From Bacteroidaceae bacterium (GTDB lineage: Bacteria > Bacteroidota > Bacteroidia > Bacteroidales > Barnesiellaceae_A): a stretch of 64,000 bases of DNA. Shown here piece by piece: positions 47,909 to 59,762 of this stretch. The DNA lies in assembly GCA_017410245.1 (NCBI GenBank), contig JAFQRE010000044.1:40014-104013 (forward strand), written 5' to 3'. A model generated the notes under the pieces. That model searched no databases, had not been told where the DNA came from, and was given only the letters and a program-made list of their open reading frames with translations. Position 1 is the stretch's first letter. Each line of letters starts with the position of its first letter. Position numbers and translations under genes: made by a program.

Positions 47909-48523
47909 TTATTTACCAAGAAGTCTTAAAAACTCGGCGCGCTTGGTATCTTCGATAAAACAGCCGGTATATTCGAGCGTAGTTGTCACCGCACCCTGCT
48001 TTTCTATACCACGCATTTGCATACATAGGTGCTGGCCCTCTATCATCACAATCACACCTTGTGTCGATAATGTCTTGAAGAGACTATCACATATCTCTTT
48101 GGTAAGACGCTCTTGTACCTGCAAACGACGTGCAAAGACCTCTACCAGACGCGCTATCTTACTAAGCCCCACCATATTGCCATCGGGCACATATCCTATA
48201 TGCACTTTACCAAAGAAAGGCAATATATGATGCTCGCACATAGAATAGAACTCTATGTCGCGCACGATGATAATCTGTGAGCCGGCATATTCAAAAACGG
48301 CCGACTTGATAACATCTTCATCACTCTTGCGATAACCATGGGTAAGATAGCACATAGCCTTGGCTGCGCGTCGAGGCGTTTTTTTCAACCCTTCACGATC
48401 GGGGTCCTCGCCTAACAGGGCGAGTATGCTACGATAATGATACTCCAATTGTTCGAGTGTCTTTTCGTCAAGAAGTGTGTCGTTTTTATATTCCATTGTA
48501 ATATCAGTCGTTCGAATAGTCAT
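47909..48523 (-). CDS. folE: GTP cyclohydrolase I
   Basis: GLKKTPRRAAKAM, CEHHILPFFGKVHIGYVP, VGLSKIARLVEVFARRLQVQERLT. An alternative start at 48496 would remove the 20-nt overlap with the upstream gene. Confidence 0.9.
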   Translation of the reverse strand: MTIRTTDITMEYKNDTLLDEKTLEQLEYHYRSILALLGEDPDREGLKKTPRRAAKAMCYLTHGYRKSDEDVIKSAVFEYAGSQIIIVRDIEFYSMCEHHILPFFGKVHIGYVPDGNMVGLSKIARLVEVFARRLQVQERLTKEICDSLFKTLSTQGVIVMIEGQHLCMQMRGIEKQGAVTTTLEYTGCFIEDTKRAEFLRLLGK

Positions 48524-49001
48524 GTACTTGTATGCTTACGCGCTCACGAATGATGAGCATTCCGCGTTCCATATCGGGAAATTTACTCTGTATAATAGGG
48601 AGCATTGCATTGGCCTCCTCATAAGTTCGGAACTCACCTATTCTAAGTCGCCAAAAAGGTGACACATAGCTTACCATAGCCGGCAATGTAGGAAATACAT
48701 CGGCAAATTCTTCCGACAATGCCTCGGCTTGAGCCTTAGCATTGGTGTTGTTTGAAGAAAAGAGCTGAATGCGATACACCGAAACTTTCACCGAATTTTC
48801 TTCTAAGTCGGAGGCTACACGAGCCACACGTCTCGACAACTCTTCGGGCTGTGTTATTTGCACAGTTCCTCCCGAGAGACTCCGCTCGAGGTATTGAACG
48901 ATAGAAGTATCTCTGGCAACACTCTGCGCTTGAATAGGTGCGACGATAAACAACATCGGCAACAAAAGCAATAAAAGTGTGTATGAAAGTCTTTCTTGCA
49001 T
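48504..49001 (-). CDS. SPOR domain-containing protein
   Basis: Signal peptide, then the C-terminal SPOR pattern YRIQLFSSNNTNAKAQAEAL...WRLRIGEFRTYEEANAML. Confidence 0.75.
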   Translation of the reverse strand: MQERLSYTLLLLLLPMLFIVAPIQAQSVARDTSIVQYLERSLSGGTVQITQPEELSRRVARVASDLEENSVKVSVYRIQLFSSNNTNAKAQAEALSEEFADVFPTLPAMVSYVSPFWRLRIGEFRTYEEANAMLPIIQSKFPDMERGMLIIRERVSIQVHDYSND

Positions 49002-49081
49002 GACTGCTCCTTGATATAAAAATTAAAGTCTGCAAAAATAAGCATTTTTCTTATTCTTGCAGACTTATATAGACCTATTTT

Positions 49082-49840
49082 TTATTTAAAAGCAGTAATA
49101 ATACCCATAAACGAGTCGGCTTGCAATGCGGCACCACCAATCAAGCCACCATCAACATCGGGTTTTGCAAAGAGTTCAGCGGCGTTTGAGGGCTTACAGC
49201 TACCACCATAAAGGATAGATGTGTTGTCGGCAATCTCGTCACCATACTTCTCGGCAATTGTCTTGCGAATGAATGCATGTATCTCTTGAGCTTGGTCGGC
49301 TGTAGCTGTCTTACCTGTACCAATTGCCCAAACAGGCTCATATGCAATTACCAACTTGGCAAAATCCTCGGCTGTAAGGTCAAACAACGCCTCTTTGACT
49401 TGAGCTGCAACAACATCAAAGTGCTTACCGGCCTCACGCTCTTCCAATACCTCACCCACGCAGAAGATGGGAGTAAGAGCATTATCAAGAGCAAGACGTA
49501 CTTTTTCTTTGAGAATCTCTGATGTTTCATGATAGTATGCACGACGCTCAGAGTGACCCAAAATTACGTAGCGAGCACCTGTAGATGCCACCATCTTGGC
49601 CGACACCTCGCCTGTATAAGCGCCCTCGGCTTTATTGGCACAGTTCTCGGCACCCACACCTATGCGAGCACCATCTACGGCTTCTACAACAGGAACCAAG
49701 TGAATAAACGGAGTAGCTATCACTACGTCACACTTGGTCTCTACACCTTTGAGAGCCTCGTTAATCTCTTTGGCCAATGCCACACCCTCTTGTAGCGTGG
49801 TATTCATTTTCCAGTTTCCTGCAACAATGTTTTTTCTCAT
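49082..49840 (-). CDS. tpiA: Triose-phosphate isomerase
   Basis: [27 protein letters not shown]. Confidence 0.92.
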   Translation of the reverse strand: MRKNIVAGNWKMNTTLQEGVALAKEINEALKGVETKCDVVIATPFIHLVPVVEAVDGARIGVGAENCANKAEGAYTGEVSAKMVASTGARYVILGHSERRAYYHETSEILKEKVRLALDNALTPIFCVGEVLEEREAGKHFDVVAAQVKEALFDLTAEDFAKLVIAYEPVWAIGTGKTATADQAQEIHAFIRKTIAEKYGDEIADNTSILYGGSCKPSNAAELFAKPDVDGGLIGGAALQADSFMGIITAFK

Positions 49841-49858
49841 AATGATAAAGATTTATAA

Positions 49859-51232
49859 TTATTGATTATTGTCTTCATTTTCAACCACTGCACGTTCTTT
49901 GCGCCAACGTCTAAATCGTCGCAACAAGAAGAGCGCAACGCGCTCGGTGAAATATAGCACCACGATAGGTATAAACAAGACAAGTGCCAATGTCACCATG
50001 CGATAACGCGCATTATAGGTATGGGGTACTGCATACCCTTCAATCTGCTCAACCGGCATTACCAGCAATGCTTCATCGGGCAAATGCTCGATGGGATACT
50101 TGTGATATATGACACCATCTTTCAGTACCATCAAGAAGGGATTGGCACGGTCGATGGTGCGAATTGTTGTTCTATCCATATACACAAACGAGAACTCTCC
50201 GCCTGTATTGTCGAGCCAATTTTCTATCTCGGTGGGTGACGAAGCCGTTACGGCATAGAACGGATAGTGATACTCTTGGGTATAATCGTATAGTTCATGT
50301 ATCTTGTTTACTTCATCATCATTGGCATTGACCACACTCTCCGAGAAAATCATAAAAACGTATCCTTCGTGCGATAGAACCTCCTCGGTAATATCTTCAT
50401 CACCATCATATACCACAAAGTGATCCAATTGATTATTTTCGGCAAGTTGTACCTTAGAAGCACGTTCACGACGCTCTACAAAGTGCCACCCTTGACTCTC
50501 ATCGGGCAAATGCTCTATATCAAACACCTCTTGAACTCCGTTATTCTCATATACGAAGTCATATTCCACAAGAGTGTCATCATCGCCAAAGTAGTTTGCG
50601 GCCAAATCTACTCCCAACTTATAGGGTCGAAAATCAAGTATAGGAGAATAGTTGGCAGCTATCCATACCAAGAACGACCCGAAAAATACTACCCATATAA
50701 CTATAAGGGCATGGATTTCACGATGAAATACCGAACGCTTGCGTGTATTAAATCTGAAAAGGAATATTACCAGCGACAACAATACTACATTCTTGGCAAA
50801 AGTCTGCCAATTACTCAATACTATAAAGTCGCCAAAGCAACCACAATCGGCAATGGGATTGGCTATGGCAAGGTATAGTGTAAGCGGCGTCATTATGCCC
50901 ATGAAGATGAGCAATAGTATGGGTGTAGTGCGTAGATATGAGCCTAAGAGTGTATTGAAACCCAACACAAACTCAACCATAGACAACAAAACAGCCACGA
51001 CATAAGCCCCGGGAGCAAAGAATGACAAATCGAGCACTGCAAGATAGTCCTCTATCTTGTACATCGTGCCCATAGGGTCTATCAACTTAACAACTCCCGA
51101 TACTATAAAAGTAGCACCGACAACAACACGCGCCAAGATAACAAGCACCGACAACCATCTGCTACAAGGTGTTTTTATCGGAGTTTGTATATCGGCTGAC
51201 GAGTCGTTATATTGCACTTCACTATTCGGCAT
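49859..51232 (-). CDS. DoxX/MauE-like membrane protein with large C-terminal extension
   Basis: N-terminal DoxX-like helices (LARVVVGATFIVSGVVKLIDPMG), further TM helices, a soluble domain of about 200 aa, and a final TM helix. Confidence 0.6.
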   Translation of the reverse strand: MPNSEVQYNDSSADIQTPIKTPCSRWLSVLVILARVVVGATFIVSGVVKLIDPMGTMYKIEDYLAVLDLSFFAPGAYVVAVLLSMVEFVLGFNTLLGSYLRTTPILLLIFMGIMTPLTLYLAIANPIADCGCFGDFIVLSNWQTFAKNVVLLSLVIFLFRFNTRKRSVFHREIHALIVIWVVFFGSFLVWIAANYSPILDFRPYKLGVDLAANYFGDDDTLVEYDFVYENNGVQEVFDIEHLPDESQGWHFVERRERASKVQLAENNQLDHFVVYDGDEDITEEVLSHEGYVFMIFSESVVNANDDEVNKIHELYDYTQEYHYPFYAVTASSPTEIENWLDNTGGEFSFVYMDRTTIRTIDRANPFLMVLKDGVIYHKYPIEHLPDEALLVMPVEQIEGYAVPHTYNARYRMVTLALVLFIPIVVLYFTERVALFLLRRFRRWRKERAVVENEDNNQ

Positions 51233-51764
51233 ACTCTATTCGTATAAGAGCAAAAAGTGCATAATTGACCATATCCATATAGTTGGCATCAATACCTTCC
51301 GACACAAGTGTAACACCTTGGTTATCTTCTATCTGCTTGGTACGATGCACTTTCGACAGTATCATATCGGTGTATGACGTAGGACGCATCAATCGCCAAG
51401 CCTCATCATAGTCGTGATTCTTGGCATACATCAGATTTTTGGTCTGTGTCATAAATCGGTCATACAGAGCCAAAGCCTCATCGGCAGTAATATCCTCACG
51501 CTCGGCATGCCCCAACTCCAACTGTATAAGTCCTATAATTCCATAATTGACAATACCTATCAACTCCGACCTCACCCCCTCATCGATACGACTTACGCCC
51601 TTCATCTCAATGGAACGAATGCGATTGACTTTGATAAATATCTGATCGGTGAGAGAGGTAGAACGCAAGATGCGCCATGAAGGACCATAGTCTTTCAGTT
51701 TCTTGGCAAACAGCTCGCGACAGATGCCTATTACATGTTCAAATTGTGCTACAGTATCGGCCAT
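51222..51764 (-). CDS. DUF1599 domain-containing protein
   Basis: Two tandem DUF1599-like halves (KLKDYGPSWRILR...QIFIKVNRIRSIE; KNHDYDEAWRLMR...MILSKVHRTKQIE). 11-nt overlap with the downstream gene. Confidence 0.65.
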   Translation of the reverse strand: MADTVAQFEHVIGICRELFAKKLKDYGPSWRILRSTSLTDQIFIKVNRIRSIEMKGVSRIDEGVRSELIGIVNYGIIGLIQLELGHAEREDITADEALALYDRFMTQTKNLMYAKNHDYDEAWRLMRPTSYTDMILSKVHRTKQIEDNQGVTLVSEGIDANYMDMVNYALFALIRIEYAE

Positions 51765-52091
51765 GATTATATTCTTAATATGTGAGGACTTGTATATATA
51801 CTAATGTGCGAGATAAATGTCACCCGTTGCGTCACAGCATAGCAGGTGTAATTTGATTTCGCAGTTTACTGCAAAGATAATAAGAAACGAGCGAGAAATA
51901 TGAAGTTTACTTCATTATTTTTCTCAGCGAGTGTACAATATCTTCGAGTCGCACCTCAAAGATAGTAAAAGGCAGGAAAAAAACGGCCAAATTCCAACCT
52001 CTTTTTTCAGCTATCGCTTACCATATATTTGCTATCGGAGCAATTTTTCTGCCGGCACTTTCTACCTCTATACTACCTCTTTTATAAATGA

Positions 52092-52328
52092 CTATTTATC
52101 ATCTACTTCCTCAAAGTCGATATACTCTACCGTACTTTGATCTATAGGCGTATTGATACGCTCGGTTGTATCATTATCTTCCTGCGTAGTGTAACTATTG
52201 GTAGTAGCATCATCTTGTTGCGTATGCGTAGGACGGCGAAAACGGCCAAACAAATTCATCAGCAACATCACCGGTATCAACAGGGCAAAGAGGAAGATGA
52301 CACCAATACTTTGTAAAAGACATCCCAT
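52092..52328 (-). CDS. Small membrane protein (DUF4834-like)
   Basis: 78 aa, a single TM helix, then an acidic tail ending VEYIDFEEVDDK. Confidence 0.55.
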   Translation of the reverse strand: MGCLLQSIGVIFLFALLIPVMLLMNLFGRFRRPTHTQQDDATTNSYTTQEDNDTTERINTPIDQSTVEYIDFEEVDDK

Positions 52329-52406
52329 GTTTTAATGTTTTTATATGGTTGTGTGTGTCTTAGTAAGTTCAAAAAGTGTACCAAACAAAGGGTACATGAA
52401 TATTTG

Positions 52407-53087
52407 TCACTCTTTTCTCATCTTGGGGCTCAACAACGACTTCAAGATATAGAGTCCTATGATTGCGGCAAAACCGGCTATTCCCTGTATGATAAGTAAG
52501 GCTACCGAGATTACTATCATGACATAACGCACCTCGTTACTACGCCAACCCAAGCCCTTGAACTTGAGTGAAAACATGGGTATATTGCTCACCATGAGTA
52601 ACGCCATAACCGGGATTGATGCCATAAAGAGTATCATAGTAGTAGTATCGCTATGCGATAGCAACAGCTCACATGCACCCAACCACCACAACGCATTGGC
52701 AGGAACGGGCAACCCCTTGAATGTAGTTGTCTGCGTATCATCGATGTTAAATTTGGCCAATCGCAATGCGGCAAATACCGGTATAAGCATGGTACTATAG
52801 GCAGCCCAAGTATAGGCTTCGGGTAACATATCCACCAAGATATTATATGCCAAAACTGCCGGAGCAAGACCAAAACTCACCAAGTCGGCCAGCGAGTCAA
52901 GTTCTTTTCCCATAGGCGAATATGCCTTAAGCAGACGTGCTGCCAGTCCATCGCAAAAATCGAACAAGGCCGACAATGCAACACACAGCACTACGGCTTG
53001 AAAGTTTCCGGCAAATGCAAAAATCACAGCCAAACAACCCGACAGCAGGTTGAGACATGTAATGGTATTGGGTATATGTTTTGTCAT
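52407..53087 (-). CDS. pssA: CDP-diacylglycerol--serine O-phosphatidyltransferase
   Basis: CDP-alcohol phosphotransferase motif DFCDGLAARLL...GKELDSLADLV. 226-aa polytopic protein. Confidence 0.85.
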   Translation of the reverse strand: MTKHIPNTITCLNLLSGCLAVIFAFAGNFQAVVLCVALSALFDFCDGLAARLLKAYSPMGKELDSLADLVSFGLAPAVLAYNILVDMLPEAYTWAAYSTMLIPVFAALRLAKFNIDDTQTTTFKGLPVPANALWWLGACELLLSHSDTTTMILFMASIPVMALLMVSNIPMFSLKFKGLGWRSNEVRYVMIVISVALLIIQGIAGFAAIIGLYILKSLLSPKMRKE

Positions 53088-53116
53088 GTTCTATATTGAT
53101 TATGTGTATGTGTGGA

Positions 53117-53124
53117 CAAAAGTA
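53117..53124 (-). promoter_or_regulatory. Bacteroidota -7 promoter box for pssA
   Basis: The minus strand reads TACTTTTG 30 nt upstream of ATG 53087. Confidence 0.5.
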
Positions 53125-53210
53125 ATATATTTCATCGACATCTTACACATCTATATCTACTTATCTGCAAAATTTTCATATTGGTCATCATAGGTATATT
53201 ATAAAGCAAA

Positions 53211-53239
53211 CAGGGTGCAACCGCCATGATTGCACCCTG
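53211..53239 (-). terminator. Terminator after groEL
   Basis: 10-bp stem cagggtgcaa / ttgcaccctg. A T-rich tract follows on the minus strand. Confidence 0.65.
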
Positions 53240-53261
53240 CATGATATTGTGATGATTGATA

Positions 53262-54908
<1,647 letters not shown>

Positions 54909-54932
54909 TTATAAATGTTCGACAACTAAGAA

Positions 54933-55202
54933 TTAAACGATAGCAAGTATATCGGCTTGACGCATAATGAGATATTTCTCACCTTCAAACTCAAGTTCTG
55001 TACCGGCATATTTGCCATAAAGAACTGTATCGTTGGGTTTTACCACCATTTCTTCATCTTTGGTACCGTTACCTACGGCAACAACAGTTCCTTTAAGGGG
55101 TTTCTCTTTGGCCGAATCGGGGATAATGATGCCACCGATTGTTCTTTCTTCGGCAGGTGCGGGCAATACCAGCACTCTATCTGCCAATGGTTTAATATTC
55201 AT
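54933..55202 (-). CDS. groS: Co-chaperonin GroES
   Basis: [12 protein letters not shown]..., 89 aa, directly upstream of groEL. Confidence 0.95.
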   Translation of the reverse strand: MNIKPLADRVLVLPAPAEERTIGGIIIPDSAKEKPLKGTVVAVGNGTKDEEMVVKPNDTVLYGKYAGTELEFEGEKYLIMRQADILAIV

Positions 55203-55317
55203 TTCTATTTTATATTTATTAGTTATACTTTATTTTCTCACTCTCATCACACATTTGTGACACACTCTTGTTTATACCAAATCTGTGCCAAAGTGACAAA
55301 GCATAGAATTTCGGACA

Positions 55318-55346
55318 AAATGGCAGATGTGTTACATCTGCCATTT
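55318..55346 (-). terminator. Hairpin terminator downstream of the small membrane-protein gene
   Basis: 13-bp stem aaatggcagatgt / acatctgccattt with a 3-nt loop. Confidence 0.6.
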
Positions 55347-55415
55347 CATATAGGGATATTTACATACACATCTCCTACTCGCCACAATGATGCGAGTAGA
55401 GTGCTGTTGATAATA

Positions 55416-55673
55416 CTATTCACCAGATTGCTCTTTCTTTTCTGCCTCGGCTCTGTCACGCTCTTCCATCTCGCGCTGGCGACGCTCTCGCACTTGCTCT
55501 TGCTTGCGCAACGTAAAGAAGAGAATGCCAATACACAACAATGTGACAATGAGAATACCGAAATACTCTAAGTAACTACCGGCAAAGAGTTTGTCTCGTC
55601 CTATATATGCCATTACTGCTAAGTATATAAGCAATATAAGTGGAATAAATGTTGATTTCCTAAATCGTTTCAT
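55416..55673 (-). CDS. Small membrane protein with charged C-terminal tail (hypothetical)
   Basis: 85 aa, two TM helices, tail QEQVRERRQREMEERDRAEAEKKEQSGE. Confidence 0.5.
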   Translation of the reverse strand: MKRFRKSTFIPLILLIYLAVMAYIGRDKLFAGSYLEYFGILIVTLLCIGILFFTLRKQEQVRERRQREMEERDRAEAEKKEQSGE

Positions 55674-55677
55674 ATCA

Positions 55678-56307
55678 TCATGGTATTAAAGTTTCTTTTT
55701 TTGACTGTGTATAGTAGAATGGTGCGTGCTCTTGCAGAGCATCATAGATGTGCAGACACGCCCAAGCATCAAGAGCAGCATAATATTGTTGTGGCACTGA
55801 CAATTCGGGAGCCTCCCAATTGGAGAGGCGTTGCGACTTGGATATTTTCTTACCAAAGATAATGGCATAAATCTTTTGCAGGCTCATATCATCTATACCA
55901 TAGTCTCGCACTATACTTTGCAAGTCTATAAAGTTCTGTGGTTGAAAATTATCGACCCTGTGCAATACCGAAAAATCGTCGCGCAACGACAAGCCTATTT
56001 TAGTCACATCTTTATCGGTGAATAGGTCACGCAGCTCATCAATAAATCCTATTTTATTGATGCGAAAGAGATAACAATCGTCGTGTGTCGAGATTTGTAT
56101 AAGCGACACCTTATTGGTACGCCCCTTGCGAAAAGAGGGACGAGTCTCGGTATCTATACCCAACATCGTGTACCTACGTAAATGTTCAATGGCCTGTCGT
56201 GCCATTTCGACACTCTCTATGACATGAATACGACCGGCAAAACACTCGATAGGCAATTCACTGATAGTGGCCTTGTCAATAGAAATATGTTGTTGTGCGG
56301 TAGTCAT
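55678..56307 (-). CDS. 3'-5' exonuclease, RNase D/DEDDy-like
   Basis: Exo motifs MLGIDTET, VTKIGLSLRDD, YAALDAWACLHIY. Confidence 0.75.
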   Translation of the reverse strand: MTTAQQHISIDKATISELPIECFAGRIHVIESVEMARQAIEHLRRYTMLGIDTETRPSFRKGRTNKVSLIQISTHDDCYLFRINKIGFIDELRDLFTDKDVTKIGLSLRDDFSVLHRVDNFQPQNFIDLQSIVRDYGIDDMSLQKIYAIIFGKKISKSQRLSNWEAPELSVPQQYYAALDAWACLHIYDALQEHAPFYYTQSKKETLIP

Positions 56308-56322
56308 TGATGGCTAAATTTA

Positions 56323-56907
56323 CTATTCATGATGGTGACAATGGCACTCTTCATCATTACAATGATGATGGGTCGAGTCATACTCTTCATCGATAGCAGT
56401 ATCTTCATTGAAACAGATACCATGCAATGGTCGCATTACATTCACCAATTTCTGTCCCCAATAAGATATAAAGCTACGACGACAACGGCATATAGCAGCT
56501 TGTGACAACTCTTCATTGCCCAAGCGATATATCTCGAGCAGGTCGCGCAGGTCTTGATATATATCGGCAATGCCCTCCGATATCGATGCTGCAAGAGGTG
56601 CCTCGCTATAAGCCATATCGGCATCAAACACTTCGAGATAGTCATCAGCATCACCAAGTGTTTTCGACACCATCTCGCGCAAATATTCGTATTGCTCTTC
56701 GGTTACATAGGTCTCCAACTCATCGGCTTCATCTACCTCATCGGCAGGCAACAATGTAGCCTTGAGATAGAGCAATGGGAGTATGCGAGCCAAGTTGATA
56801 GAAAACTCGTTGCGATCAACCTCTCCCACCCTCTCAATGAGTGTGCAATACTCTACTGCTACGGTTACAAATTCTACTATATCTTTTGAATATACTTGTT
56901 GATTCAT
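56323..56907 (-). CDS. DUF5063-like acidic protein with His/Cys-rich C-terminus
   Basis: 194 aa. The family call is from memory of the conserved nadD neighbour. Tail STHHHCNDEECHCHHHE. Confidence 0.5.
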   Translation of the reverse strand: MNQQVYSKDIVEFVTVAVEYCTLIERVGEVDRNEFSINLARILPLLYLKATLLPADEVDEADELETYVTEEQYEYLREMVSKTLGDADDYLEVFDADMAYSEAPLAASISEGIADIYQDLRDLLEIYRLGNEELSQAAICRCRRSFISYWGQKLVNVMRPLHGICFNEDTAIDEEYDSTHHHCNDEECHCHHHE

Positions 56908-57485
56908 TGTTTCTCTTTATACAGATTGTTATCGTTTATATATTCATATACTCCGGCAGGCAGAAATGCTGTCAAGTTGCGACCTTGTGCCACGCCCTCT
57001 CGCACCCAAGTAGACGATAGCTCAACCATAGGAGCCTCTACATATCGAGCACCTACAGGCAATGAGGCTACATCTATATCATACCCTCGACGAGGATATA
57101 TGCACACACCATAGTCGTTGATGATGCGCTGAGGCTCGTACCAGCGGTCGAAAATGAGCCAATTGTCGGCACCTATGATGAGCGTAAAATTGTGCTGCGG
57201 ATATTGTCGGCATAGTGCATCGAGCGTATTGATGGTATATGATGGCTGGGGTAAAGAAAACTCTATATCGCAAACCTTCACTCCGGCTATGCGTTGCGTG
57301 GCTAATTCAACCATCGCACAACGATGATGATCGTCATCGGCCGACACTCTGCGACGCAACGGATTGTGGGGCGATACCGACAACCATACCTCATCAAAGA
57401 CACCATACTCGACAAAGTAACTGGCCAACATAAGATGCCCCATGTGTATGGGATTGAACGACCCTGAAAATATACCTACACGCAT
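56904..57485 (-). CDS. nadD: Nicotinate-nucleotide adenylyltransferase
   Basis: GIFSGSFNPIHMGH (HxGH motif). 4-nt overlap with the downstream gene. Confidence 0.85.
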   Translation of the reverse strand: MRVGIFSGSFNPIHMGHLMLASYFVEYGVFDEVWLSVSPHNPLRRRVSADDDHHRCAMVELATQRIAGVKVCDIEFSLPQPSYTINTLDALCRQYPQHNFTLIIGADNWLIFDRWYEPQRIINDYGVCIYPRRGYDIDVASLPVGARYVEAPMVELSSTWVREGVAQGRNLTAFLPAGVYEYINDNNLYKEKQ

Positions 57486-57487
57486 TG

Positions 57488-58060
57488 TTATCTACCTATA
57501 AACCGGCTTACCAACTCGAGCACCTCTCTTTGAGCCTCTTGCAAAACGTCATTAACCACTACACGATCGAACTGTGCTGCATAAGTAAGCTCCTGCTCGG
57601 CCTTGGCAATGCGAGTTGCTATGACATCGGGGGCATCGGTACCTCTGCCTACCAGACGTTGGTGCAACACCTCTACCGATGGTGGTTGAATAAATATCGA
57701 CAATGCATCATCGGCATAGAAACGCTTGATATTGACACCGCCTACCACATCAACATCGAAAATAACATGACGGCCGGCATCACGCAAGCGCTCTACTTCG
57801 CTTTTGAGCGTGCCATAGAACTTCCCGGGATATACCTCCTCATACTCCAAGAAGTCGCCCTGCTTGATGCGGGTGCGAAACTCCTCTACCGACAAGAAGT
57901 AATACTCTTTTCCGTGTTGTTCCTCACCTCGTGGGGCGCGACTCGTTGCCGATACCGAGAAGGAGAGAGGCAAACCTTGTTGCATCAGATAATTGATAAG
58001 TGTAGATTTGCCCGAACCCGATGGCGCCGAGAATATGATTAGTTTTCCTCTTTGTGACAT
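57488..58060 (-). CDS. gmk: Guanylate kinase
   Basis: P-loop SAPSGSGKST, TSRAPRGEE, YFLSVEEF. ATG 58060 is preferred over the listed TTG 58072. Confidence 0.9.
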   Translation of the reverse strand: MSQRGKLIIFSAPSGSGKSTLINYLMQQGLPLSFSVSATSRAPRGEEQHGKEYYFLSVEEFRTRIKQGDFLEYEEVYPGKFYGTLKSEVERLRDAGRHVIFDVDVVGGVNIKRFYADDALSIFIQPPSVEVLHQRLVGRGTDAPDVIATRIAKAEQELTYAAQFDRVVVNDVLQEAQREVLELVSRFIGR

Positions 58061-58072
58061 AGCTCGTGTCAA

Positions 58073-58945
58073 TTACATTATGTTGAGAACTTGCTCTTTA
58101 ATTTGCTCCAACTCATCTTTCATGCGTACTACGATGCGTTGCATCTCGGCATGATTAGACTTAGAGCCAAGCGTATTAATTTCGCGCCCCATCTCTTGAG
58201 CAATGAAACCCATCTTCTTGCCCTGTCCGCGTCCGCTTTCCATTGTCTCTATAAAGTAGCGCAAATGGTCGGCCAGGCGATGCTTCTCCTCGTTGATGTC
58301 GAGTTTCTCTATGTAATAAATCATCTCTTGTTCAAGACGATTTTTGTCATAGTCAATCTCTTTTATCTTCGACAAACCCTCTACAATGCGAGTCTTTATC
58401 TTGTCGATGCGTTCTTGCTCATATTGCTCAACCTCCTTGAGCAATGTGGCAATATTCTCAATTTTACGAGTAAACATCTCTTGCAAGCCACGCCCCTCAT
58501 GAATGCGAAACTCCTCAATCTGCTCCAATGCAGAAGTTACTGCTTGCATTAACGCATTGGCCTCACTCTCTTGAAGTTCGGCACACTCAGTAACCATTAT
58601 ATCGGGCATACGCATCAATACCGAGAACCAGTCTTGAGGGGTATCTATACCGGCCTCTTGAGCAGCGGCCACAATCTGGTCGTGATAACCCTTGAGGATA
58701 CCCACATTGATATGCGAAGCACCCTCGGCAGCAATATTTTCGGTGCGGATAGACAAATCGACCTTACCACGCTCCAAGCGACGAGCCACTTCACTACGTA
58801 TATCCATCTCTTTCTCGCGATACAATGAGGGTATGCGAGTAGAGAGATCTAACTGCTTACTATTGAGCGATTTTATCTCAACGATAATTTTTTTATTTGG
58901 CAATTCGGCGATACCTTTGCCAAATCCTGTCATTGATTGTATCAT
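58073..58945 (-). CDS. yicC: YicC/YloC-family endoribonuclease
   Basis: MIQSMTGFG N-terminus, C-terminal EINTLGSKSN...KEQVLNI typical of YicC. Confidence 0.85.
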   Translation of the reverse strand: MIQSMTGFGKGIAELPNKKIIVEIKSLNSKQLDLSTRIPSLYREKEMDIRSEVARRLERGKVDLSIRTENIAAEGASHINVGILKGYHDQIVAAAQEAGIDTPQDWFSVLMRMPDIMVTECAELQESEANALMQAVTSALEQIEEFRIHEGRGLQEMFTRKIENIATLLKEVEQYEQERIDKIKTRIVEGLSKIKEIDYDKNRLEQEMIYYIEKLDINEEKHRLADHLRYFIETMESGRGQGKKMGFIAQEMGREINTLGSKSNHAEMQRIVVRMKDELEQIKEQVLNIM

Positions 58946-59052
58946 GTTCTTTGCAAATGTTTGTGCAAAATTAATTTATTTCGCGCTTAAACATCTCATG
59001 AATTGCAAAAAAAGAGTTATTTTTGTGCAATATATTATTAAGAAATCGATAT

Positions 59053-59745
59053 ATGCCCAATATAATACATATAGAAACATCTACCGAAGTGTGTTCGGTA
59101 GCCCTATCGAGCGATGGAGTCGTAAAATTTCACCGACAAGATTTTGAAGGCCCATCACACGCTGCGCTACTGGGTGGATTTGTACAAGATTGTATAGCAT
59201 TTGCCCGTGAGAATAAGATAGAACTACATGCAGTAGCAGTGAGTGGAGGCCCTGGCTCTTACACAGGCTTGCGCATAGGAGTATCGGAGGCCAAAGGGCT
59301 TTGTTTTGGCCTCGACCTTCCTTTGATAGCAGTCAGTACACTCGAGTTGCTATGTTGCACAGCCATGTTCCGTGTTGATGTTGAGCCCGATGCTCTGATA
59401 TGTCCCATGATAGATGCTCGTCGTATGGAGGTATATGCAGCTGTGTATGACGAGTGCCTGCAACCGGTGATGCCTGTGGGCGCATATGTAGTAGATGAAA
59501 ATACATTTGCCGAAGTACTCTCTCAACGCAAAGTCATATTCTGTGGCAATGGAGCAGCAAAGTGTCGCGAAGTAATCAACCACCACAATGCCATATTTGT
59601 TGATGGAGTATATCCGTTGGCAACAGGCATGTTGGCGCTTGCCGAACGAGCTTTCAGCCGACAAGAATTTTGCGATGTAGCCTACTATGAGCCGTTCTAC
59701 CTCAAAGAGTTTGTTGCTACAACCCCCAAGAACAAAGTTATATAA
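59053..59745 (+). CDS. tsaB: tRNA t6A37 threonylcarbamoyltransferase complex subunit TsaB
   Basis: IIHIETSTEVCSVAL, AVAVSGGPGSYTGLRIG. ATG 59053 is preferred over the listed TTG 59023. Confidence 0.8.
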   Translation: MPNIIHIETSTEVCSVALSSDGVVKFHRQDFEGPSHAALLGGFVQDCIAFARENKIELHAVAVSGGPGSYTGLRIGVSEAKGLCFGLDLPLIAVSTLELLCCTAMFRVDVEPDALICPMIDARRMEVYAAVYDECLQPVMPVGAYVVDENTFAEVLSQRKVIFCGNGAAKCREVINHHNAIFVDGVYPLATGMLALAERAFSRQEFCDVAYYEPFYLKEFVATTPKNKVI

Positions 59746-59762
59746 AGATACACAATAGTCGT

